DNA of 64,000 bases, from contig JABLTJ010000007.1 of NCBI GenBank assembly GCA_013166775.1, positions 128,001-192,000 on the forward strand. Direction: 5' to 3'. Each line of letters opens with the position of its first letter. Position 1 is the stretch's first letter. This stretch comes from Promethearchaeati archaeon (GTDB lineage: Archaea; Asgardarchaeota; Heimdallarchaeia; Heimdallarchaeales; Heimdallarchaeaceae). The translations under genes were made by a program, and so were the position numbers. This document shows, piece by piece, positions 10,398 through 20,152 of the stretch. Under the pieces are notes generated by a model, which was not told the DNA's origin, made no database searches, and worked only from the letters and a program-made list of their open reading frames with translations.

Positions 10398-11168
10398 TTA
10401 TCCTAGCATTTGACCAGAATCTATTTTGAAAATTTGTCCCTGTATATGTTTTGAAGTAAGTAATAATTTTACCAGAGGATATATTTCATTGGGATAAAGA
10501 AGTTGTTCCAGAGGATTCTTCTTTCTATATTTCTGAACTAAATTATCATAATTTAGATTGTCTGTCTTAGCTTTTCTTTTTATTTCTTCTAAATGTCTTT
10601 CAGTCATCACATATCCAGGAGAGATAGTGTTAGTTATAATGCCATATTTTGAACCTTCATGTGCAAAGAACCAAGTCATTGCATGAACTCCAGCTTTAGC
10701 AACACCATAAGGAAGTTTTTTATCTGAGGGTTTAAAACCAGTAGTTGATCCAAAAAACACTATATTACCACCTGCTTCTGATCTCATCCATTTGTAGGTT
10801 TCACGAGCAATCACAAAAACTGAATCTAGATTCAGAGAAAGAACTTTTCTAAAATCCTCCAAAGAAATGTCCTGAATTGCTTTACTCATTAAGCTACCTC
10901 CTACAAAATTAATCATTCCTGCGATTTTTTTTACAATTATCTTAGCTTTTTCAAATGCACTGATAATACTGCTCTCAGAATTATAATCACATGGTATAAA
11001 TTCGATCTTGTATTTTTGTTCTTTCAATGATTCTGAATACCTTCTACTCATTTCTCCTCCAATACCTAGGATCCTGTAACCATCCTTCAAAAGGTTCTTT
11101 GTAATTTCACTGCCAATTCCACTTCCAGGAGCTATTATAAGAATCGTTTTCATATCTTCAATTTGCAT
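10398..11168 (-). CDS. SDR family oxidoreductase
   Basis: APGSGIG, YGVAK catalytic motif, NTISPG. Confidence 0.88.
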   Translation of the reverse strand: MQIEDMKTILIIAPGSGIGSEITKNLLKDGYRILGIGGEMSRRYSESLKEQKYKIEFIPCDYNSESSIISAFEKAKIIVKKIAGMINFVGGSLMSKAIQDISLEDFRKVLSLNLDSVFVIARETYKWMRSEAGGNIVFFGSTTGFKPSDKKLPYGVAKAGVHAMTWFFAHEGSKYGIITNTISPGYVMTERHLEEIKRKAKTDNLNYDNLVQKYRKKNPLEQLLYPNEIYPLVKLLLTSKHIQGQIFKIDSGQMLG

Positions 11169-11288
11169 AAAAGCATCAAAGATACATTATTGAACTATGA
11201 ATTAAAACTTTCTTTTTACCCAATTTATATACTTACTCATCACAATATTTAAGGAAAAACCATACAAAGAGTTACAAGAGAGTTATAT

Positions 11289-11951
11289 TTGGATAGGAAA
11301 AAATTGCAAACAGAAATCATCGTCTTATCTTCTGAAGTTTCAATTCGAAAATCAATAAAACTAGCTGCTGAATTGATCGAAGAAGGGGAGATTATAGCAT
11401 TCCCAACTGATACACTCTATGGTTTAGGATGCAGTATTTTCGATGAAAATGCAATTAGAAATCTGTTTGAACTTAAATGTAGGAATTTAACTAAACCAAT
11501 CAATGCCTTAATCGGTTCAATTGAACAGCTTTCATATGTTGCAGAGAATATTCCATTAATTGTATATGAGGTAATCAAGGAATTTTGGCCAGGTGATCTA
11601 ACATTAATTCTTCAGAAAAAAAACGAGATTCCAAATATACTAACAAATGGAATGAACACAATAGGTGTGAGAATGCCTAACAATGAAGTGACATTGAGAT
11701 TGATTTGTGAAGTAGATAAACCATTAGCAACAACTAGTGCTAATATTTCTGGAAAACCAAGTATAACCAATGCTAAGCAGGTTCTTGATAATTTCAGAAA
11801 TAAAATACCACTTATTTTAGATAGTGGAGAATCAAAAATAGGAAAAGAATCTACAATAATTAGCTTAGTCACTGAACCACCATCTATTATTAGGCAAGGA
11901 TCCCTTTCAATAGAGAAATTAAAGCGAATTATTCCAAATCTAAAGGAATAG
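11289..11951 (+). CDS. sua5: L-threonylcarbamoyladenylate synthase (short TsaC/YrdC-type Sua5)
   Basis: AFPTDTLYGLGC, K-x-R, GVRMP, TTSANISG, ESTII. Confidence 0.92.
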   Translation: MDRKKLQTEIIVLSSEVSIRKSIKLAAELIEEGEIIAFPTDTLYGLGCSIFDENAIRNLFELKCRNLTKPINALIGSIEQLSYVAENIPLIVYEVIKEFWPGDLTLILQKKNEIPNILTNGMNTIGVRMPNNEVTLRLICEVDKPLATTSANISGKPSITNAKQVLDNFRNKIPLILDSGESKIGKESTIISLVTEPPSIIRQGSLSIEKLKRIIPNLKE

Positions 11952-12013
11952 TAAAATTTCTATTTGAATAGAATATTTTTAAGTGTGAAACCTCTTGTTA
12001 TAAGTGGACAATA

Positions 12014-12664
12014 ATGACTTCAAAAGAAGAAATCATATTTTTCGATGTAGATACACAGAATGATTTTATGAATACTGATGGGAAGCTCTATGTTACAGGA
12101 GCTGAAAACATCAAAGAAAATCTTGGCAAGCTAACACAATATGCAAGGATGCAAGAAATAAGAATCTTAGGTTCTGTTGATTATCATTCACTCGAAGATT
12201 CTGAAATTGAATCTGAAAATCCGGATTACAGTAAGACATTTCCTCCTCACTGTATGCAGAATTCATCTGGACAAGAGAAGATAATTGAAACTAGATCTGA
12301 TATAGCAAATTGGATTGATAGTGTCAAATATTCTGAAGAAAAGATAGAGGAAATTGTCTCTAGTAAAGGTCCTATTTTCTTTAGAAAAGATAACTTTGAT
12401 TCTTTCAGTAATCCTAATTCTACAACTATACTTAAAACTCTAAAACCTAAGAAAGTTGTAGTGTATGGAGTTGCAATAGATTATTGTGTAAAAAGCGCAA
12501 TTGATGGTTTTCTAAAACTAAAGGATCAAGACATATTTCTAGTAGTTGATGCAGTAGAAGGAATCGAAGAAGAAAAATCCAAAAATTTGATCAAAGAATG
12601 GGTAGAAAAAGGTGTCCGAACAGTAACTACTGAAGGTATACTTCAAGGAGCTTTATTAGAGTAA
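12014..12664 (+). CDS. pncA: nicotinamidase / cysteine hydrolase
   Basis: VDTQNDF, DYH, FPPHC, GVAIDYCV. Confidence 0.8.
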   Translation: MTSKEEIIFFDVDTQNDFMNTDGKLYVTGAENIKENLGKLTQYARMQEIRILGSVDYHSLEDSEIESENPDYSKTFPPHCMQNSSGQEKIIETRSDIANWIDSVKYSEEKIEEIVSSKGPIFFRKDNFDSFSNPNSTTILKTLKPKKVVVYGVAIDYCVKSAIDGFLKLKDQDIFLVVDAVEGIEEEKSKNLIKEWVEKGVRTVTTEGILQGALLE

Positions 12665-12674
12665 TAAGCATTAG

Positions 12675-13034
12675 TTAGAATGTTAGTTGATACCAACCAT
12701 TTTTCAGCATTTCAGAAACTAGATTACCTACGTACTGCACTTTAACTCCAATTTGCTCTAATTCATCACTTATTCCGAAATTATCACTACATGCTTTACA
12801 AGCAATTACCTCTATACCTGCTATCATTAGCATACTAATCAGATCTTGGAAACCTTTATCTTCAACAGCTAGTTTTTCAGTTGGCCCCCAAAGAATTACT
12901 CGAACCTCATCCATCCATCCTTGTTTCTTAGAATTCATTGCATAAGGAAAGCTTAATTCTTCATGAACTACTGCATCAGCTGTGCTCAAAATCATAAATA
13001 CTCTGTGCATAGTCAAGGATTTTTTGTTCTTCAT
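12675..13034 (-). CDS. DsrE family protein
   Basis: WMDEVRVILWGP, ACKAC, YQLTF end. Confidence 0.75.
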   Translation of the reverse strand: MKNKKSLTMHRVFMILSTADAVVHEELSFPYAMNSKKQGWMDEVRVILWGPTEKLAVEDKGFQDLISMLMIAGIEVIACKACSDNFGISDELEQIGVKVQYVGNLVSEMLKNGWYQLTF

Positions 13035-13087
13035 TTAATTATTCTGGTTTTACAAAATCCATATGTAAGCGTTATTCTTGGAATAAA

Positions 13088-14443
13088 CTAATTTTCTTGA
13101 GCACTTGATTGAGGTGTTTCCTGCACGGAACTTAAACTTAATTGTTTCATTTCTTCTATCTGCTCATTCAGTGTCTGATCTAATGATGACGCTTTAGTTG
13201 TCAACCATAATATTGAGCAGAGAACTACACCCAATATACCAGATACTAGATAGACAATCGGTATTCCTGTATATTCTCCAATTACTCCAGATAACAACAT
13301 TGCTATTGGTTGAATTGCTGAAGATAAAGTTCCAAGTACACTCATTGTTCTTCCAAGTTTTTCTTGAGGGATTATAATCTGAAAAGCTGTAATCAATGAT
13401 ACATTTATCATTGGAAGTACAATAACTATGAGGAAGGTTATTGCTCCCATAAGCCAGAATTTTCCATTTACCATCCATAGTTCATTAGATGGCAGAAAAT
13501 ACAATGTAGTAAAGATTGAAAATGCCCACATTATTGCAAGATAGCTACTTAATGCCTTCTTCTTGAAACCTTTGAAGAAAGTCATTATCAAGCTTCCAAT
13601 AACCGTTCCAGCTTGTAAAAAGGCAACAACAATTGCATAATCCGCTTCAAAACCAAAATGAGTTTTAACAACGAAGAGTGGTAATAATGTCCCGAAAGGT
13701 GTAAAAAAGAAATTAACAAACATAAACATTACCAGAAGTGGAAATAAACCATTTATTCCTTTGATAGTGAGGAGAGCATCTTTGAAATCCTTGAAGAATG
13801 AGATCTTTTCTCCTTTTTCTAAAGCTGATGAAACTTTGGGAATTGTTATTAAAATTAAAGGTACTAGCGCTATAGCAAAAGTAGCGATATCCATCCAAAG
13901 AAGATGTGCATGTCGTAATAAACCACCTCCACCAATGGCAAGAAAACCCGCAGCTATTGCTGGCCCTATTATTCTCACAACACCATTTGCTAAAGAATTA
14001 ATTCCGTTCATTCTACTTAGATGTTTTTGAGGAACCATGGTTGGCATCATTGCGCCTACAGCTGTATAATGGAAAGTATCACCAATACCACGAAGTGCGA
14101 TTATTATGAAAAACCAATACAGAGTCATGTTGTTTGTGTAGAATAGTACTATCGCTGCAACTGTTGTGACAGCTATGGTTGCATCAGCTGAAAATATAAT
14201 TAATTTCCTGTTTAATCTATCAACTAATATTCCAGCTATCGGACCAAGAACTAGAAAAGGTCCAAAAGCGACGAGAGAAGAAAGACCAAGCATCAGCTCA
14301 CTTTCTGTTTCAAATGAAATCCAAAGAATAAGAACAAACTGAACTATATTGGATCCTAACATGCTAAATAGTTGACCTCCCCAAAAGAACAAGTATTGTC
14401 TGAACTTATTATCTCCTTCTTGAATATTAGCATTTAATGACAA
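13088..14443 (-). CDS. MFS transporter (DHA3/macrolide-efflux-like)
   Basis: 12 TM pattern; GQLFSMLGS, AGILVDRLNRK. Confidence 0.88.
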   Translation of the reverse strand: MSLNANIQEGDNKFRQYLFFWGGQLFSMLGSNIVQFVLILWISFETESELMLGLSSLVAFGPFLVLGPIAGILVDRLNRKLIIFSADATIAVTTVAAIVLFYTNNMTLYWFFIIIALRGIGDTFHYTAVGAMMPTMVPQKHLSRMNGINSLANGVVRIIGPAIAAGFLAIGGGGLLRHAHLLWMDIATFAIALVPLILITIPKVSSALEKGEKISFFKDFKDALLTIKGINGLFPLLVMFMFVNFFFTPFGTLLPLFVVKTHFGFEADYAIVVAFLQAGTVIGSLIMTFFKGFKKKALSSYLAIMWAFSIFTTLYFLPSNELWMVNGKFWLMGAITFLIVIVLPMINVSLITAFQIIIPQEKLGRTMSVLGTLSSAIQPIAMLLSGVIGEYTGIPIVYLVSGILGVVLCSILWLTTKASSLDQTLNEQIEEMKQLSLSSVQETPQSSAQEN

Positions 14444-14584
14444 AATAATTCCTCAAATCTTGGTTTGTGAATGATTTATGAGATATTTAAAAAAGTTGTT
14501 AACTCTGTATTGAAGAATAAAAATTCCGATTATCTTCTTTTCGATACAAATTTAAATAGAACGAAAGAAGTTATCCTGAATTAT

Positions 14585-16027
14585 ATGGACGATTTTATAG
14601 CTAAAGGTTTAGAAAAAGCGGAAAAGGGAGGAGCATCCTTTGCTGAAGTAAGAGTATTTGGATATAAATATGAAACTACTTCAACAAGAGATGGAGAAGT
14701 TGAAAATGCAGGAATTTATAATGATCGAGGTTACGGAATTCGTGTCATTAAAAATGGTGCATGGGGCTTTGCTTCTACAGCAGTTATTGAAGAGAGCACT
14801 TTAGAACAAATAGCTAAAGCTGCAATTAAAGAAGCTGAAGCAACTAGCAAAGTTCAGAAGAATCCAGTAGAGTTGACAGAGGAACCAATTATGAAAGATA
14901 ATTATAAAACTCCTTTCAAGAAAAATCCATTCGATGTACCAATTGAGGAGAAAATTGAAATTCTAAAAATGTCTGATTCTATTATTACTGAGAAAGGAAA
15001 TATGGTTAAATCTCGAAGCAATAGTATGACTTTCTATAATGTATATCTGGATTATGGAAATAGCGAAGGAACTAGGATAACTCAAGAGGAATTATTTACA
15101 GGAGCTAATGTATCTGTCATAGCTATTGCAGAAGATAATCAATCTAGAAGTGAAGGATTATTTGAGATGAGAGGTTACGAATTCATAGATAAATACGATT
15201 TTGAAGCAACTTCTGACAGAATAGCCAAAGAAGCGATAATTCTAGCAACTGAAGCAAAAGCACCGAAATCTCAAAAAACAGCATTTATTCTTGAACCTTT
15301 TCAATTGGGGTTGACAATCCATGAGAGTTGTGGGCATCCAACCGAACTTGATAGAGTTTTAGGATGGGAAGCTGATTTTGCTGGAACAAGTTTTCTTACT
15401 CAAGATAAACTAGGTTCTGGTTATAAATATGGTTCAGAAAAAACAAATTTGGTATGTGATCCGACTATGCCCTATGTTCTTGGACACGAGAAATATGACC
15501 ATGAAGGTGTAGCAACTAAGAAGTTTGATGTAGTTAGAAATGGAATATTTGAAGGCTATCAATCTGATAGACAAACAGCAAAAATTGTTGGTCTAGAGCA
15601 TAGTAATGGCAATGCTCGTATTGCTCGATATAACAGAATCCCTCTCGTTAGAATGAGCAATCTTTACCTCGAACCAGATACTGAAGGACCAAAGGATTTA
15701 GATGGACTAATTGAAGAAACTAAAGAGGGAATTTATGGAATTGGATGGAAATCCCATTCAATTGATGACAAGAGAACTAATTTCCAATTTTCAGTGCAAA
15801 TAGCTTATGAGATAGAAAATGGAGAGTTAGGCAAACCTCTTAAGAACACAATATACCAAGCTTCAACTCCTCAGTTTTGGGGAGGACTGGATTTAATGAC
15901 TAAAGAATGGCACATCAAAGGATTAGGACCAAGTTGTGGAAAAGGAGCTCCACACATGCAAGCTATCTGGATATCGCATGGAGGACCTTATTCAAGATTT
16001 CAAGACATAAATATCTTTTCTGGGTGA
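14585..16027 (+). CDS. tldD: TldD family metalloprotease
   Basis: GAWGFAS, HESCGH, ELDRV, RMSN, CGKG. Confidence 0.92.
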   Translation: MDDFIAKGLEKAEKGGASFAEVRVFGYKYETTSTRDGEVENAGIYNDRGYGIRVIKNGAWGFASTAVIEESTLEQIAKAAIKEAEATSKVQKNPVELTEEPIMKDNYKTPFKKNPFDVPIEEKIEILKMSDSIITEKGNMVKSRSNSMTFYNVYLDYGNSEGTRITQEELFTGANVSVIAIAEDNQSRSEGLFEMRGYEFIDKYDFEATSDRIAKEAIILATEAKAPKSQKTAFILEPFQLGLTIHESCGHPTELDRVLGWEADFAGTSFLTQDKLGSGYKYGSEKTNLVCDPTMPYVLGHEKYDHEGVATKKFDVVRNGIFEGYQSDRQTAKIVGLEHSNGNARIARYNRIPLVRMSNLYLEPDTEGPKDLDGLIEETKEGIYGIGWKSHSIDDKRTNFQFSVQIAYEIENGELGKPLKNTIYQASTPQFWGGLDLMTKEWHIKGLGPSCGKGAPHMQAIWISHGGPYSRFQDINIFSG

Positions 16028-16032
16028 TAAAA

Positions 16033-17412
16033 ATGAGTTTGGAACAACAAAAAGAATTATTGCATGAGCTATCTGATTTAGCTTTGAAGAGAGTTAAGGA
16101 ACTTGGAGCAGAAGCATTTGTTAATTCAAATGTGTCAACCCAATATGCAACTAGATTTTCTAATTCAGAGATACTTCAGAATTATGTCGATTTCAGTAGA
16201 CAGTTTCAATTGACAGTTGTGTATAATGGAAAACAAAAATCAGCTTCAGTGACAAATGATTTATCAAAAGAGAGCATTTTGAATCTAGTAAAATTTGTAA
16301 CAAAAGCTGCCAAGATAGTACCTCCAGATCCTATGTACCCTGGTATCTTGAAAGAGATACAAGATTATCCTAAACTAAAACTAAATGATCCTCAAGCTCG
16401 TTCTCTTGAACCTGATGACATTGTAGATAAAATTAAAGGAGCAATTATTGCAGGAGAAGCAGTAGACAAAAGTGTTGCTGGTGTTTCAGGTAATTTTCTT
16501 CTATCAGATGGTTATAGATTGTTCTCATCAACTTCTGATGTAGAAGTTGTTTATCCTGGGACTACTATGAGATCCAATCTCAACATTCAAGCACAAAAGA
16601 ACTGCGAGGAGAGTAGATCTAACAGTAATTTTGGAACTCGTTTCTTTAGCAAATTAGATATGGAGAAGGAATCTACTGAAGTAGCAGAAAGAGCTGTCAA
16701 AGGTTTAGGAGCTGTTTCTATAGAACCAGGAGAGTATGAAGTACTTCTTGATCACCAAGCTGTAGCTACAGTACTCCGAATGACTGCCTTCGCAACATCT
16801 TCAATGCAACTAATAAACAGAAGAAGTTTCTTGATGGATAAGATTGGTCAACAAGTTTTTGACAAAGATTATACTATCACAAATGAACCTCACAATGTTG
16901 AACTCCTTAGTGCCCGTCCCTTAGATGATGAAGGTTTAGCAACACAAAGTTTCCCAGTCTTTGAAAACGGAGTACTAAAGAACTACTCATACTCAAGGCT
17001 TCACGCAGCTAAAATAGGAGCTCAACCTAAAGGATGTGCATTAAGCTTCATGGGTAGAACAATAGGAATTCCATTCGCAATGGCAATGAAACCAGGAATC
17101 AAATCAAAAGAAAATCTGATTTCAGAAATGGATGATGGATTATTGATCACCAATCTTCATTATACAAATTATGTTAATCCTCCAGTAGGTTCAATAACAG
17201 GTATGTCTAAAGATGGACTTTTCATCATCAAGAATGGAGAGATTGTAGGTTCTGCTAAGAACATGAGATTTACAGATGAATTACCTAGATTTTTAGCTGA
17301 TATTGATGTTGGTAAGGAATTGAGACAACCAGTTTCAGGAATGGGAATTGGAGGATTAGTTGCGCCCATAAGAGCAAAAACCTTCAGATTCACTAGTAAA
17401 ACAGAACATTAA
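16033..17412 (+). CDS. tldE: TldE/PmbA family protein
   Basis: TRFSNS, EPGEY, DDEG; lacks HExxxH; directly follows tldD with GGTGA SD. Confidence 0.88.
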   Translation: MSLEQQKELLHELSDLALKRVKELGAEAFVNSNVSTQYATRFSNSEILQNYVDFSRQFQLTVVYNGKQKSASVTNDLSKESILNLVKFVTKAAKIVPPDPMYPGILKEIQDYPKLKLNDPQARSLEPDDIVDKIKGAIIAGEAVDKSVAGVSGNFLLSDGYRLFSSTSDVEVVYPGTTMRSNLNIQAQKNCEESRSNSNFGTRFFSKLDMEKESTEVAERAVKGLGAVSIEPGEYEVLLDHQAVATVLRMTAFATSSMQLINRRSFLMDKIGQQVFDKDYTITNEPHNVELLSARPLDDEGLATQSFPVFENGVLKNYSYSRLHAAKIGAQPKGCALSFMGRTIGIPFAMAMKPGIKSKENLISEMDDGLLITNLHYTNYVNPPVGSITGMSKDGLFIIKNGEIVGSAKNMRFTDELPRFLADIDVGKELRQPVSGMGIGGLVAPIRAKTFRFTSKTEH

Positions 17413-17420
17413 TTTATTCA

Positions 17421-17453
17421 TGGAATCTTAAGATTCCACCTTTCTTTTTATTT
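17421..17453 (+). terminator. perfect 18-bp palindrome plus T-tract
   Basis: TGGAATCTTAAGATTCCA followed by CCTTTCTTTTTATTT between convergent genes. Confidence 0.55.
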
Positions 17454-17592
17454 CAAAAGAATACTTATCTTTATCTATCCAAGGACATGCGTCACAGTCT
17501 GAACACTCTCCATAACAATTATTTCTAGACATGAAGACTTTTACTAACCACCTTCTTACTTTTGTCCAAAAGGATAGTTGTTCTTGCTTCAT
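17428..17592 (-). CDS. FeoB-associated Cys-rich small protein (54 aa), not in ORF track
   Basis: ATG abuts the feoB stop; MKQEQLSFWTKVRRWLVKVFMSRNNCYGECSDCDACPWIDKDKYSFEIKRKVES. Confidence 0.6.
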   Translation of the reverse strand: MKQEQLSFWTKVRRWLVKVFMSRNNCYGECSDCDACPWIDKDKYSFEIKRKVES

Positions 17593-19608
17593 TTACATCA
17601 CAAAATTCAGGATTTGAAAAACTATTGTCGTAAAAATTATTGTAACTATTATTGGATAATAGAATCCAAGAGCAGTCAATTTCCAGCTTTTTGTTTCAGA
17701 TCGAATAGCTGCTAGAGCAGCAAAACAAGGAGCATAGGTTAGTTGAAATAGTAAAAAGGAAATTGCTTGAGGTATAGACCAGCTAGCCTTTAGAACTTCG
17801 ATTATGCTTCCTCCTGTGGAATATAGAATACCTAAAGCAGAAATTATTGCTTCCTTAGCAGGAATACCGAATAAAAGTGGGATAACCATTTTCCAATCTA
17901 AACCAAGAAGTGGTTCTGTAACATAAGATATACCTCGACCAAGATAGCCTGCGATAGTTCTTTCAGGAGGAGCTCCAAATGGAATACTGCTCATTAACCA
18001 GATAAATAATGAAGCAATGAAAATAAAAGTACCTGCTTTTTTAATGAAAATACCTGCTCTCGTCCAAGTTAGGTAGTAGATATTTCTTAGCCTTGGTCTT
18101 CTGTATTCAGGCAACTCCATAATCAGTGGTAATGGATCATTTTTCTTAAAAAACAGACCAAATAATAATGAGGATGCAAGAACAAGAAATATACTAAAAC
18201 CATAGAGAGTGAGCATAAGTAAGGCAGCTAACCAAGGTTCAAAAAATATCCCAGTCAGAAAAGCAATAACTCCCAAACGAGCTGCACAAGGTAAGAATGA
18301 ATTTGTAATTATCATAGAAATTCTATCTTTCTCATTTTTGATAGTTCTGGTTGCCATTATCCCTGCCACATTGCATCCAAATCCCATAACCATACTAAGA
18401 AAAGCTGTTCCTTGAAGACCGAATTTACTCATTACTCTATCCATTATGAAAGCTGATCTTGCGAGGTATCCTGAATCTTCCATGATAGCTATTAGAGAAT
18501 AAAAAATAACGATTATTGGTATGAATAAAAGGACAGCAGCAATTCCTGCTATAATTCCATTCACTATAAGACTAGTTAATATTGCAGGACTGTTGATATT
18601 AATTAACCAATTTTCAACTATAAAAGAGAATTGTGATATTCCTAAATCTATTCCATTAATAATGGGTGATGAAGCATAAAAAGTGATTAGAAAAAAAGCT
18701 GCATAAATCACTATTAATATAGGATAACTCCAGAATTTGTTTAATATAATTTTGTCTACCTTATCGCTTCGACTTTCTTGAAAATCTTTAAATCCAGTAA
18801 CTGAAGATGCTACTATTTTATGAAGAATAGAATACTTACTTTTAGAAAGTTCTACATTTAAATCGAGCTTTTCCGATTTTGCTAGTTTGTTAATTTTATC
18901 AAATACATTTGTTAGATCATATTCAGCTTCAAGTGTTTCTATTACACTTTCATCTCCTTCAAGAATTTTCACAGCTAACCATCTAGTTGGATATTCTGTA
19001 CAAATACTTCTGTATTCAATTTGTCGAGAAATACTTTGAATCATCAACTCAATTTTTGTTGAATACAACAACATTGCGGGATTAAATTCATACTTGTCGG
19101 TATGAATAGCATCATAGAGAAATTTCTTGATTCTTATCACACTATTATCATCGGTTGCACTAACTAAAAGAACTGGAACACCTAGCTGTTCCTCCAATTT
19201 TTTGTTATCTATATATAATCCAATTTTCTCTGCTAAATCAGTCATATTAATGAAGATAGCAATTTTCTTTGTCAATTCCATTGTTTGTAAAGCTAGAAAC
19301 AACGTTCTCTCTAATCGTGTAGCGTCAGATATTATACATACCAAATCTGGTTCTTCTTCTGTAATGAATTTACGAGTTACTATTTCCTCATCTGAACGAG
19401 CTGATAAAGAATAAGTACCAGGTAAATCTATGAGTGAGAAAAATTCATCAGATAAAATAAAATGTCCTTCCTTTTTCTCGATTGTCTTTCCAGGCCAGTT
19501 TCCAACATGTTGGTGACTCCCAGTTAGAAGATTAAAGAGGGAAGATTTTCCAACATTTGGATTACCTAAAAAAACAATTTTGTGTTCAATTATATGATCA
19601 TTCTGCAT
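17593..19608 (-). CDS. feoB: ferrous iron transporter B
   Basis: GNPNVGKS, GNWPGKT, DLPGTY, GFGCNV, CAARL, ELPEY. Confidence 0.97.
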   Translation of the reverse strand: MQNDHIIEHKIVFLGNPNVGKSSLFNLLTGSHQHVGNWPGKTIEKKEGHFILSDEFFSLIDLPGTYSLSARSDEEIVTRKFITEEEPDLVCIISDATRLERTLFLALQTMELTKKIAIFINMTDLAEKIGLYIDNKKLEEQLGVPVLLVSATDDNSVIRIKKFLYDAIHTDKYEFNPAMLLYSTKIELMIQSISRQIEYRSICTEYPTRWLAVKILEGDESVIETLEAEYDLTNVFDKINKLAKSEKLDLNVELSKSKYSILHKIVASSVTGFKDFQESRSDKVDKIILNKFWSYPILIVIYAAFFLITFYASSPIINGIDLGISQFSFIVENWLININSPAILTSLIVNGIIAGIAAVLLFIPIIVIFYSLIAIMEDSGYLARSAFIMDRVMSKFGLQGTAFLSMVMGFGCNVAGIMATRTIKNEKDRISMIITNSFLPCAARLGVIAFLTGIFFEPWLAALLMLTLYGFSIFLVLASSLLFGLFFKKNDPLPLIMELPEYRRPRLRNIYYLTWTRAGIFIKKAGTFIFIASLFIWLMSSIPFGAPPERTIAGYLGRGISYVTEPLLGLDWKMVIPLLFGIPAKEAIISALGILYSTGGSIIEVLKASWSIPQAISFLLFQLTYAPCFAALAAIRSETKSWKLTALGFYYPIIVTIIFTTIVFQILNFVM

Positions 19609-19730
19609 TGTTTTTCTGTAAGGTGTAAAAGATTTCTTATTTCCTTCAAATCTCCTATTCCTTCTTCTGTGATGCTTATATCGTAATTTATCTTTACGAA
19701 GCTTTTCACCTTGAAAATTTCGAGTAATAT

Positions 19731-19973
19731 TTACTCCTCCAGCAAAACTTTAACCTTTATTGCTAATCCTCTACCTATAGCTACTCTTGTTCCTTTAACT
19801 TCAACAATTACAGGACCAACATCATTTTTCGTAACCCGGATTCTTTCACCTTCATGAATCCCTAGATCAGCTAAGAATCTTTGAGCTTTATATCCTGCTG
19901 AGATTTCTTTAACTAGTACTATTTTATTCTCATCAATATCAATCAATAGTAAAAGCTGTTTCATAAAGCTCAA
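19731..19973 (-). CDS. feoA: ferrous iron transport protein A
   Basis: LADLGI...GPVIVEVKGTRVAIGRGLA SH3-like FeoA. Confidence 0.92.
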   Translation of the reverse strand: MSFMKQLLLLIDIDENKIVLVKEISAGYKAQRFLADLGIHEGERIRVTKNDVGPVIVEVKGTRVAIGRGLAIKVKVLLEE

Positions 19974-20003
19974 GTCACTCTCGAGCTAATCCTATTTAAA
20001 ATT

Positions 20004-20053
20004 TTTTGATATATCCAAATTTAATTTTTGGATTGTAAAAGCCCCAATCCAAA
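20004..20053. promoter_or_regulatory. candidate metal-regulator operator upstream of feoA
   Basis: Near-palindrome TTTTGATATATCCAAA (20004-20019) and inverted repeat TTTGGATTG-N9-CAATCCAAA (20027-20053). Confidence 0.35.
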
Positions 20054-20152
20054 TTTTACGTCAATATTATCGATATTACGAACAATTAATTTAAAAAATA
20101 TCAATAAATTTTAATAAGTAATCACTTAATTTTTCTACAACTAGATTGAATT

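Noticed and set aside
14471-14584. Extended N-termini of tldD (14471) and tldE (15907)
   Set aside because: Family similarity starts at 14585 and 16033; the extensions cover promoter sequence or the upstream gene.
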